DNA of 64,000 nucleotides from Tubulanus polymorphus (Eukaryota; Animalia; Nemertea): contig NC_134027.1 of NCBI RefSeq assembly GCF_964204645.1, positions 17,818,560 through 17,882,559 of the forward strand. Reading direction: 5' to 3'. A program made the translations under genes and the position numbers. This document shows, in pieces, positions 1-10,895 of this stretch (within the stretch, counting starts at the first letter, position 1; the number at the start of each line of letters is the position of its first letter). The notes below the pieces were generated by a model. It did no database searches and was not told the DNA's origin. It saw nothing but the letters and a program-made list of their open reading frames with translations.

Positions 1-1209
1 GAGACCATTCCACGATCTAAGGTCAGTTGCCAAAATTTAGTAAGTTTACCAGTGGATAGTTAATATTTTTAATGACAATTAAATTTTCATTGCTAAAATA
101 ACTTTGTACTTGTTGACTCAAAAGCAGAGAATTGAAAATACGATAATACGATACGAAAACTCAGTGTACAAATTCAAAAAGATTATCTCTAGTGAGAGAT
201 CGAACGTTGTGTCGTAATTTTCTAATGATAAAACATGGTTTGAAATTTGAAATGTGTACATAGTTGATCTTTTTCAGTGTATTTAGTCATGTATCATATT
301 GGATGATGGTTAATTCAAACTATCTTTTGAGAAATGGGTCCCAGAGCTATATCCTTTACTCCTGTAATAGAGGATGCAATCTATTTGCGACAAACAGCTA
401 GTGCAAATAGCTAGAAAAGGTAACAATAGTGCATTGGCAAACTTAGAGCAAGCGTACATTGGTTGTTTAGGTTTTTCGAAGGGGAGAATTTGTGGGAAAG
501 ATAATCATTACCTCTGGCGTGGAGAGATACAATCTAAAACCAACCCTAGAGTCAAATATTTTACCACAATTTTTTATGATCAATAAAAAGATTGAGTAAT
601 AGACATTCAAACAGTATTATCTAAATTCCACTCCATTTTAAACTCATTCATGTCTACACAAACTCCAACTTGTTGAACAGTCCACATTAAAATTAGGGAC
701 CACTATTCTTGCTCATCTACACTGGCTACCAATCTAACAAAGGATTAAATTTGAGTGTTTGATGTTATAACAATACCAGACTGAATTATGGATTCAGTTT
801 CTACTTTTTAATTGAACATTCATATCACATATTGGGCATCATTTTTACCAGTGTATATGGAATAACCTATCCATATATCATGTTCAATTTTATATAATCT
901 GACTTTTGAGATGTCATTCAATCAATGCATTCACATGCGGTCGTCGCTTTCAATAGCCACCACGGACTGGCTCCTTATTATTTCTTTGGCGATACCATTG
1001 GCGGACGATCCCACACGTTTCTTGCTCCAGCCCTAGAATGCTCAATATTCGTCATGAACCCCGATTTGAATTTAAATTCAAAATACTCCTAAAACACACC
1101 TGTTAACTAAATTACTCTAAAACACCTTTATGTGCAAGAATCAGCGAAATTGGCGCTTTATCAGTTGTATTCATCATTCGTACCCACGAATCTCGTATCG
1201 TATCCTATG

Positions 1210-1554
1210 CAGGGGCGGATCTAGGGGGATGGGTAGACAGTATTGGAAGGAAATTTAAGGGCACCTTTCTGATCTTAGGGCACACCCAGTACCCAAGTCA
1301 ATGCGAGTGCCGAAGGCGCAAAGTCCTTCGAAGGGGGTATGGGGGCCCTCCCCCAGAAAATTTTGAAAATATGGTATACCATTTAAAGGCTTTTAGAGGG
1401 CTTGCAGAGCAATCCAGAATAAACGACCCGGACGCGGAATTAGCGGTTGCTGAAATAATGCCTTTAAAAATATTGCCGGTGAAATTTCGAAGGGCACTTA
1501 AAAATTCTAGACCGTATTGGGCAATACGGCTAATACGGTCTGGATCCGCCTCTG
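1210..1554. mobile_element. Non-autonomous hAT-like MITE
   Basis: Terminal inverted repeats CAGGGGCGGATCTAG / CTGGATCCGCCTCTG, flanked by a 5-bp direct repeat CTATG. Internal GCCGAAGGC hairpin. A related inverted copy starts at 9473. Confidence 0.7.
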
Positions 1555-3585
1555 CTATGAATGTGGAGACCCATCCTCATAAAGAGAATGAATAGGCTCT
1601 GTTGCGTTCATATCATTTGATATGAGGCTACGTGTTATCTTCAATTGAAATCACGTTGTTTTTTTAAAGGGTGGGCGAGAATATATTCTTACGTTTTTGT
1701 TTCTCTGAATGTTGCTTTTTAAGAGTTCAATAATTTCAGTCTACCAAACAAAGGATTTTCCGTATGTTTCGTGACATGTTTTTCCATAACCCTAGGAGAG
1801 CATTTTAGGTATTTTTTGCGGATGACCGAAAGCTGCTGTCCCTTTCTAGTAATTTGATGATATCCGTCGAAATCTAAATTCTAAAAAGGAATCAGGCATA
1901 TCTTCTTGTTTGACTGAATATGAACTCAACAACAAGTGACACTCCCTTCAAAGGCGCCGAAGTAAAATCATGTGTCGAGTGGAGATGATATTGTGTCAGA
2001 ATTTCTTCAAAATCGGAGAAAATTGAATATTTTGAAAATAATCATTATACATGTATGTTTAAATCCGTTATAACTGGAGCAATTTTCATGAAAGAATATC
2101 TCTGGAATCAATGAAATGTAATTAAGAAGAATACTATGTTTAAAAAGTTATCAAAGACATTTGAAAAAAGTTTTCTGAATTCGTCAACTGTTAAACTAGT
2201 AACAACCAGATGTGTTCCCATTAAACCACCGACCGCGAGCGGAGTCGATGTGAGATGTGCCCTACACTGAAAATCTCAAGTGCTATACAACCGGTTTTTT
2301 AGGTGCCTCTGAATGTCGGCCGTTAAAAAACTGAACAATTCCCATTTGGAAAGGGCCTACGTAGTTAGAGAAAATTCAAGATGTGTATATCGTGTGATAC
2401 AGGCTCCATATTTCATGTGCGTTTGGAATTTAACCTTGTTTATAACGAAACACGCATGTATTTATGCTATTTTAGATTTAAAAAGAGCGCACGAAAGTGT
2501 TTCATGAGATCCGCAAATAACGTCAAGTTATTCATGCATTTTTGATTAATATGAATAAATTTCGCTTCGAAATCTTTAAATTTCTCAGGTGGATTATTCA
2601 ATAAATTCACAACAGTCCATTATGGTTTAGTTTGACGCCAATCGTTCTTTTAAAGATCTTTCTTTCTCGAAGAAAGATTTTCTTAAAAACTTTGATTATG
2701 GCGAATCTTTTATGTGTCCGATAGTTAAACCTTCGGGTATTATACAAGAACACAAATCTTTAAAGATATTCATAACATACTGAAGGATATCACAGTTTAT
2801 ACCCGAAGATATGCAGTTGGATAGATCTTTTTGTTTCGACTCGCATGCGACAGTAAAAACGGTACTTGATATAATAAGTGAACTTCATCATTGATATTTT
2901 CACTAATCTACTTGAATTCCAAAAAAGAACTGACAATGAAAAAGGGGTTACAGCTGTGACTGATATCACTCAAAATTTCAATTCCTATGAACACTTTTCA
3001 TGTAAAGAAAACTATTAACGAAACAGTTTTTAGAGGCGAAGAATCCCCGTTACCATTGAATTTTCAAAACTTGTAGGAATGGTTAATGCCTCGGTGACCA
3101 CTGGTCTAGTACGCGGTTTTCTGAAATGAAAGTGGCCAAGTCTAAAGAACAACTATTGTATCACATGATTTCAAATATTAGGAACCCAATGCGTTTAATG
3201 ATTTAATTAATTGGTATCGTGCAGATTGGTTGAAAGACGAGTGTTAGTCACCTTGTGATTTAATTGTTTTTCATGCATCGATTAATTAATCTTATTATAA
3301 CTTATTAGTAGGCGCTTCCCGCAAACATTTTCTATTCGTTGAGTTTTCAATCGCAGTACTGTTCAAATGATTCGAGTCAAGTAGTAAAAAGTTTATGTAT
3401 TAGCATTACTATGCAGTGAAAATAACGCATGGGGTAAGTGAGGTGCTGTGATCCAGATGTGTAACCCATTTATGGGTAATAAATTTCCATCATGTCAACG
3501 CCATTCAAAAACAGTAGCAAAACTTTCTGCTGGTTTCTAGAAATAGCAATACGACGACAAGCACTTTCGAATTCGACCACGATAT

Positions 3586-3980
3586 TTGAGAAGTTTCACT
3601 TGGGCAGTGGTGGTCAGTGATAGTCAATTTATGAATTTTAATGGCGAATCCTTTCTAGTTTCACACCAAATGCAGTACCGGTATATCGTTCTTTCAAGAA
3701 GTTTCAATTGGTCAGTGATGGTCAATTTATGAATTTTCAATGGCGACTCCTTTCTAGTTTCACATCAAATGCGGTAGCGGTATATCGTTCTTTCAAGAAG
3801 TTTCAATTGGTCAGTGGTGGTCAGTGATGGTCAATTTATTAATTTTCAATGGCGAATCCTTTCTAGTTTGACACCATAACGCGGTATATCGTTTTCATAT
3901 TCGAGAAGTTTGAATTGGTCATTGGTGGTCAGTGATGGTCAGTGATGAATTTGCAATGATGATTCCTTAGTAGTTTGAAA
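3586..3980. repeat. Tandem repeat, about 4 units of 100-110 bp
   Basis: Recurring GAAGTTTCAATTGGTCAGTG...GGCGAATCCTTTCTAGTTT...CGGTATATCGTT units at about 3586, 3693, 3791 and 3901. Confidence 0.8.
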
Positions 3981-5009
3981 ACAAACATGACATGATAAAT
4001 TTCCGAAATTCGAAGTCAAGTGTTCAGACTCGGGGATATCTCAATTGGTCAGTTACTGACCATCATGGTGTCACCATTGTGGTCTATGGCTCAAATGAAA
4101 CATGTGGAACCGACGAAGGGGCCCAAAAGCGTTAAGTCATTTCCTGGAGTGACGTGATCCAAAAATGCCCTAACTGGAAAAGGCAGTCCCTCAATTGGAT
4201 GAAACCAAATCGGACAGGAAAATTAAAATTTGGGAAGGTCACAGGTAGTGGTCTTTCTACGAAGCCCACGCGGTGAGCGTATTATTATAAAATCTTTTTT
4301 TAAACCACCATGTACCACGAAGAAGTAAGCATCGTTGCAAGCACTTGAAACAGCCATTAACCACTTGAAACTGTCAGATCAAACATCATACCGCATCCCC
4401 GCAAAGAGGGGTGGTTCAGCAAACCGGAGTTTTCATTGGCTTTTCTGGACTACCCCGCCAGTACGGGTAGCCGAGCAAACCGGAAAACTCATAATGGGGT
4501 ATAGTTTACGTACGTGAATGAAGGATTCCAAAGTGATTTTGTGTAATTTTCAGAACATTTACAAAGAATATTCACAAAATAATGTCAAAAAATGTTATTT
4601 TTAGTTCGTATTTCTCCGTAGAAACCGATTGGAATACTGGATTCGAATCCCACAAAAAGCACAGTCCCTTAGCAACGGGTCGAATTTTTTTAGAATAACA
4701 AGCGCGCCGGTTTCACAGCATCACTAAGGGTCGAGTCCGGGAGAATAAGGCGCGCGCGCGGTCCGCGTGTTACAAAAAAACCGTCCCGCTACACACAAGT
4801 ACTGAATAATCAACTCAAAATTTTGCCAATCCCTGGGAGTAAAATGCCGTGCGTTTTTTAACATATCGTATCTTTATATGTTTTTTACTCCCGTTTTTCA
4901 AACGTTATTCCCCTTTTCCGTTTCGAGTAAAATACGTATACGCTATAATCCGTACTTAAAATACCGTTGTTCCATTAATTCCGTACCCACGCAACCCGTT
5001 GTAATACTT

Positions 5010-5630
5010 AGGAACAAATCTTTAGTGTAAAACATATAAAACTATTGAAGCCATGAGATTTAATGTAGAAATCTGACGTTTTTTAACTACAGAAAATTTT
5101 GTTTTCGTGTAATCGATAAAACAATAGGCTCTCTATGTAGGCTTATCAACATTCCCAAACTCCCACGTTTTTTTTCGCAGAAAATGATTTTTTTTCTTTT
5201 TTAATCACGGGTCCCTTGATTCGCTCGAAGATCTATCATATTTTGGGTGATTTTCTTTGGTCCCGCCACCGGGTGCCTTCCTTCAGCATAACCTACATTT
5301 TTTACAATGTAGAACTTGGGAACACAGTTCCTGTGTAAAACATATAAAACTATTAAAGCCGTTCGTAAAAAATATCAGATAAGTGCGTATATAATATCAT
5401 ATAAGATTTATCGTCGTACGAAAGATAAAACAAACAAGGCTTTCAATTTGTAATTAACACTCCCAAAGCATGTTTTTTTCGCAAAAATGAATTCCTTTTC
5501 TATACACGTATTTGATCACGGCGAATCTTCGCTCGAATAGATCTTCGATATTTTGGGTGGTTTTCTTTGGCCACGGACCACGCCGAACACAGGTGCCCCA
5601 CAAAACCTATGTTTTTTTTACAATGTAGAA
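5010..5630. repeat. Diverged tandem duplication of about 310 bp
   Basis: TGTAAAACATATAAAACTATT and TTTTGGGTG(A/G)TTTTCTTTGG...TTTTTACAATGTAGAA each occur twice, about 310 bp apart. Confidence 0.65.
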
Positions 5631-5921
5631 TTCTATATGAGTTGGGAAGGGCACTCGCCTCTATTTATTCTTTAAAACTTAAGACTGGCTGTGCGCTTCA
5701 CCAAGTTTCGACTTTGACATATTAAGCGCACAGCGAGCGCCGAAGGCGCGAGCTGGAAGCTCCTTAAGTTAATCGCGCGTATGAGGCAAATTCAAATTTC
5801 CTATATTTCTCCATACCGTCCTTCTCAAACAGTGTAGTTTACTAAGATAAAATCCCACTATTTACAGATTAAAAGAATTTAAAAACCAGAATTTATTTAT
5901 TAGATCTAAAATATTTAAAAG

Positions 5922-5963
5922 ACACGACGTTTCGATCTCACCCTAGAGATCATCGTCAGGTGT
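5922..5963 (-). ncRNA. Minimal type I hammerhead ribozyme
   Basis: Minus strand ACAC-CTGACGA-T-GATCTC-TAGGGT-GAGATC-GAAAC-GTC-GTGT. It has the CUGANGA and GAAA cores, stem I ACAC/GTGT, stem II GATCTC/GAGATC, a palindromic ACGT stem III and a GUC cleavage triplet. Confidence 0.88.
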
Positions 5964-6044
5964 GAGAAATAGACTAAAAACAGGGGTATATATACAGAGG
6001 AGGACAGGTTAATTGAGTATTTTAATTGGTGAGTGAGTAAATAA

Positions 6045-6497
6045 TTAGTGTTTGGCAAGGCATGAAGTAATATACTTAGAAAGAAGGGAATTGTGCGAAG
6101 AAAAGCCAATATTTAAATTGGTACTAATATCTGAGTGACGAGTAATTAGGGCAGACTCAACTATGTGGCGTTTAGTGTAATTGCCGGAAGTATAAATAAT
6201 TTCGGCTTTATCAAAATTAAAACGATGACCAGTGTTCCAAACGTGATTGGCTACGCCACTAGCCGGTTTTTGATTTATTATATCCTTTTTGTGTTCCGAA
6301 ATTCGAGTTTTTAAATCACCAGTTTCTCCAAAGTAAATTTTATCACAGCCAAAACAAGGAATTTTGTAAACTCCGCAGTCCAAAGGTTTAGATTGATTGT
6401 TTTTAACCAGTCTTACTAATTTTGTTTTCATACGTGAAAATGATTTGTTTATCCAATAAAGGGAGAGAGTGACGAAACTTTTCCAAAACAGGTACAT
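6045..6497 (-). pseudogene. GIY-YIG endonuclease domain of Penelope-like element
   Basis: GVYKIPC..C..IYFGETG..R..EH and ESALI motifs. Confidence 0.88.
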
Positions 6498-6710
6498 ACG
6501 GAACTACAATGAACTCTGAAATGTGTTTTTTATTTTCTGGAGGTTTAGAATTGAAGAAAGTACGTTTAGCCTTAGAAATAGCGATTTTCAAAATGTGATC
6601 AGGGTAAGCCAATTTTCTAAGAGAGTTGGATATATGGTCAAATTCAGCCGAAAGGAAGGTTTCATCGCAGATCCGCAGTGCACGGAGAAAGAGGCCTTGA
6701 GCGAGACCGT

Positions 6711-8832
6711 GCCCTCTGCTGCTTTGGATATATTGAAAGCGGGCGCATTCTCCATCAGGCGAACTAAGAAGTCATACTCTAGAACACCGATCGACTTAAC
6801 TTTAGAGCAGACAGTGAACTGAGATGCAGCCTCATCTGCCACTGGAATAGTCCATTTTGCCAGTTCAGAAAGTGCATTTCGTAGGTGGTGCGTCAATTTG
6901 TCACAGAGAAGTATGGCAGTATCAGAATTGAAAGGTTTATGTGGTGTCCAAGCTGGTGAAACACCAGCAAACCAGCTTCGAAAGCATCGAGTGATTAGAG
7001 ATAACAAAGATTCTGAAGCTCTTCTCCGTTCCATGAAAAACATGTGCAATCCCTTTGCCATTGATGGTCCTTCACTTTTGGTGAACATCGCAACAGGGAA
7101 AGCCGCAAAGAAGAATACCAGAGATTTCCTGCTGAATACAATACAGCGTGGAGCAACTCAGCGGCACAAATTCTTAAAAGAATGGGCAAACGATGAAACC
7201 AGGTTTCTGAAAAAAGTTCCCAGGATAAAGATGGAAAATTTTGCTGCTGAAAATGTGAAACGCAAAACTCTATCAAAGGATACGAAGTCACTCAATGCAG
7301 CCGAGGGAGCGCGTGACGCTTTCGGGCATCTCATCACCAAACTTTTCCTGGAAAATGAGTCAATAGATCTTAGGGATATTCTCAGTTACCCAATCACTGA
7401 TGTCCCTTTGTCACTAGCCCATGCTGATGGTACACCAACTAAGACAGAGAAAGCAAAATTGACACAGCTTTTAGAATCCAAACTGGAATACAGGACAAAT
7501 ACCATTGCTGCTGCAGATGTCACATTATTCGATGGTGGGCTCATACTCCATGAAGTATTTCCAAGCCATAACAGATCCACATATGGAAGTATAGCTTGTA
7601 ATATAATGGTCAAAATCTGCTCTGCTAAATGTGATGCTGTTCATCTGCTGCTAGATAGGTACATTTCTCCATCCATTACAGATCTTGAGCGACAGAAAAG
7701 AGGTGCAGAGCAAGAAGAGAGCTCTTTCGTCATTACTGGAGCAGAACAACAGCAACGCAAAAAAGGAACTGATCTTTTACGAAATGGCCCTTTCAAAGAG
7801 GCATTTGCAGTATTTCTGTTGAAGGAAGTTCGGAAAGAACACTATGCACCAATAGTTGGTAGAAAAATTGTATTTGTTTCACATGGAGGTGCATGCGTAA
7901 AATTGTGGGTAAACTCTACAGGTATTCTGCAATCTACGGAGCCAAGCCAATACCAAGGTGTCCATGAGGAAGCAGACACGCTGATTGGATTTCACGCCTT
8001 CGTGGCCCAATGAAACATCGTTATCAGATCATCTGATACTGATGTCTTAGTCATCATGATTGGGATCAGCACAAAAATTCCAAATAGCCATATAACAATG
8101 GATTACGGATCCAGTAACAACCGCCGCCTTATTGATGTAACGGGCATATCTTTACAGCTCAACTTAAAACACAAAGGTTTAAGTGAATCGTTGATCGGCT
8201 TCCATAGCCTGACAGGATGTGACTTCACTTCGGCGTTTTAAAGGAAGGGGAAGGCAAATCCTTTGACCCATCTTGAAAACAATGAAAAGCATATTAACGC
8301 ATTGATGTCACTAAATACAACAAGTCCAGACCATGCTTCACTTCATACTTACATCTGTCGAGTATATGGGCACAAAAAGGAGGATGATATAAATGAAGCT
8401 AGGTTCCAATCATTCTTCCAGATGACCGGTGGATTGAAAATGACTGTAAAGGTGAAGAAGCTGAATTGTTCATCTCTGCTTCCCTGTTCGAAATCATTAA
8501 AGCAGCATATCTTACGGGCAAATTATGTCGCCTTGATATGGAGCAGGGCATATACTGCTGAACCAGGTAAAGGGTTAGATCCTCTCCAATTTGGTTGGAC
8601 AGAAGTCGAAAATGGTACGTACAGTCCATTATGGTACAGTGGACCACCCTTACCGGCGACTGTACGTAAGTCAAATGAAACAATGGAGTCATCAGAAGAT
8701 CCTTATGAGGCAGATACTGACATTGAAAGTGACAACGATTGTGATGACAGCCAGGATGGCACGGATGATGAACTGGATTTAGACATCAGCCCCTGGAGCG
8801 ATGACAATGAGAGTGAAAGTGATGGTGATTAA
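6711..8832 (+). pseudogene. Academ (AcademX-like) transposon protein, C-terminal part with XPG/FEN1-like nuclease; three in-frame stops
   Basis: ORFs 6523, 6898, 8056 and 8263 share one frame, with stops at 6820, 8011 and 8239. Motifs: FSIRR..SRTPIDLTLEQTVN, LSYPI..VPLSLA..DG, HEEADT, SSDTDV, GFHSLTGCD..SAF.RKGK (H3TH-like), QHILRANY..LIW, DPLQFGW. Confidence 0.75.
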
Positions 8833-9468
8833 AACATAGGCCCTCTTTGTATGTAATATTTAGTTCACTGTGAAATAAATGATTTTTGTTGAATGTTTTT
8901 GGAATTTTGATTTCTTGTAACTTGTTTGATTTAAACTTAGTGTGTTGGTAGCCCTTTAGTTTATCTAGTTTAAGGGTGGACTGTATCGAAATGGTTTTAG
9001 GTGAGAGCTGCTGTTGAATGACCTGTTTTAAATCAACAATCAATAAAACTATTGTCTGTACCTTCTTGGCACAGATGAAAGCCGCTGTTGAAGTGTTTTT
9101 TATGTAGCTATGTCATTGACACAAATAAAAATTTCTGTGTCCATTTGAATAAAAACTGTCTCAGGCGTCTGTAAATTGGACTGCTGTCTGGAGCCCTGTA
9201 CATGCAGATTTTGCTGTCACGAGTATTTTTAGTAAGTAAGTATCGTGTCATAACATCACTTTGAAATTAAAATTATGCATTTCTCTCTTCCTTTGAATAA
9301 ATCCATGGTCCGGGACCCCCAAAAGCCACTGTCTCGACCCCCGTACAGGAGAAAATTGCTGTCATTGATATCTTGCATCTCAAAGTTATCAGTTAGAAAA
9401 GATGTGATTAGTTTCAGCTATTTCTCACCATATTTTAAAAATGTCATCCGGGGACATCTTGGGGTCTA
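6711..9468 (+). mobile_element. Right half of Academ-like DNA transposon
   Basis: The decayed ORF plus 3' region ends at GGGACATCTTGGGGTCTA, consistent with TAG...CTA Academ termini. No left end was seen. Confidence 0.55.
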
Positions 9469-9472
9469 TGGG

Positions 9473-10165
9473 CAGGGGTGGATCCAGACCGTATTAGCCG
9501 TATTGCCCAATACGGTCTAGAATTTTTAAGTGCCCTTCGAAATTTCACCGGCAATATTTTTGACGGCATTATTTCAGCAACCGCTAATTCCGTGTCCGTA
9601 ATCCGGGCATAATTATAAAATTAATCGGTACCGCTGCCGAGAAAGTGAGGAGAGATAATCATATTTGTAAAGCCTTTAATCATGATAAAATAAATAGGGC
9701 ACTCTCCTTTTGCAAGGGGCACTCATGCTTTAGATGAGGGCACCTTGTCCTTGCCTTTTCAGGGAGGGCTAAAGGGGCACTCGTACTTTAGAAGAGGGCA
9801 CTATACGCGGAAAATGTTGAAGAAAAGGGCACTTTTTTGCCAAATTTTTAAAATTTTAGGGGCACTTTTGGTTTGGAAGATGGCACACGACATGAGGATA
9901 AATGTGAAGACGAGGCAATTTTTGCCGATTGTTAACAATGAAGGGGCACTTAGCCGTATTCTGTATAATTGTTAAGGGGCACTTTTAAAGATTATAGGGG
10001 CACTAGGCGAAGTTGGCGACAACCATTCTTTCATGGGTTCGCCAGCTTCATTTTTTATCCGCATCCGTTGAAATCTTGTCTCGAATTCGTTTATTCTGGA
10101 TTGCTCTGCTAGCCTCTAGAAGCCCTCTAAAAGCCTTTAAATGGTACCATATTTTCAAAATTTTC
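9473..10165. mobile_element. Truncated inverted copy of the 1210-1554 hAT-like MITE family
   Basis: 9473-9598 is the reverse complement of about 1428-1554, and 10088-10163 that of about 1357-1425. Extra internal GGGCAC repeats; the other terminus is missing. Confidence 0.75.
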
Positions 10166-10177
10166 AGGAAGGAATCA

Positions 10178-10498
10178 TCATTGCAACCCAGAACTACTAC
10201 CTAATTTGTGCCAGGCTTTTCTATTAATTTCTTGTGCTAATGTATCTAAATTATATATCCCCGGTTTTAAATATATATAGACCCATGAATCTATGTGTCT
10301 ATTAAAAACTAAAAAGGCTCTATGTTCAATAGTTTTATTCGATATATTATAAAAAGAATTACATAAACTTATATTAACTAATTTTAAATCTACACAATTC
10401 TTGAAGTCTCTATCTAATTGTACTAGTAGATTATGTGATTTATAATTAGTAAGTCTTCTAGAATCAACAAATATTCTGTATTCTTTTAATTCTACCAT
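10178..10498 (-). pseudogene. Minor capsid protein (penton), 3'-truncated
   Basis: N-terminus nearly identical to 27890-28540 (MVELKEY.IFVDSRRLTNYKSHNLLVQLDR). Similarity stops at about 10190. Confidence 0.75.
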
Positions 10499-10512
10499 TT
10501 ATTTTACATATT

Positions 10513-10866
10513 TTATTCGAAATCTATTTCATGATGCCCTTTTTCATTCTTACCTTTGTATACGAAATAGAAATCTCCAGAACATAATTCTTCTAGATCT
10601 TCACTTGATAATCTATGAAATCTATCCGGTAAATATGTTCTGAATTTATATGTATTTCCTTTCAATCCTTCATATTCTAAGTGTATAACTAATTTATCCC
10701 CATAGTTATTAGTAACTGTATCAATATTTGTAATTAGATATTTCTTATGGATTGTTAATTCTGTTAACTTTTTGAATTTATAATCTACAGATTTTACATT
10801 TGTTATATCTTTAATTCTATCTAGAAATAATTTGTTGTTCTCACTGTGTGTTTGTTTACTCTCCAT
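10513..10866 (-). CDS. Conserved small viral protein, 117 aa (possible OB-fold/ssDNA-binding)
   Basis: Intact ORF with TAAATG start and a homolog in element B (19056-19382). The fold is a guess from the beta-strand-like pattern YGDKLVIHL / TYLPDRF / FVYKGK. Confidence 0.7.
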   Translation of the reverse strand: MESKQTHSENNKLFLDRIKDITNVKSVDYKFKKLTELTIHKKYLITNIDTVTNNYGDKLVIHLEYEGLKGNTYKFRTYLPDRFHRLSSEDLEELCSGDFYFVYKGKNEKGHHEIDFE

Positions 10867-10895
10867 TTATAATACATATTTTTATTAAAATTTGA

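Larger units (their letters stand above)
5885..6708 (-). mobile_element. 5'-truncated Penelope-like retroelement (RT thumb/linker plus GIY-YIG endonuclease, frameshifted)
   Basis: The minus strand reads GLFLRALRICDETFL...LAYPDHIL...VVPYV, then after a frameshift GVYKIPCFGCDKIYFGETGDLKTRISEH (PLE-type GIY-YIG). A hammerhead and AATAAA follow downstream. Confidence 0.9.

Noticed and set aside
2640-3130. Coding-looking stretch (DYGESFMCPIVKPSG...TVKTVLDIISELHH)
   Set aside because: Multiple stops and no motif I can recognise; it needs BLASTx before any call.
6523-6822. 99-aa plus-strand ORF as a gene
   Set aside because: It is a chimera of antisense Penelope sequence and Academ coding sequence.
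6588-8692. Minus-strand ORFs 6588-7088, 6995-7291, 7158-7340, 7386-7613 and 8399-8692
   Set aside because: Antisense shadows of the Academ reading frame.
1210-10165. Composite transposon bounded by the two inverted MITE copies
   Set aside because: The left copy has its own TSD and the right copy differs internally and lacks its outer end, so these are independent insertions.
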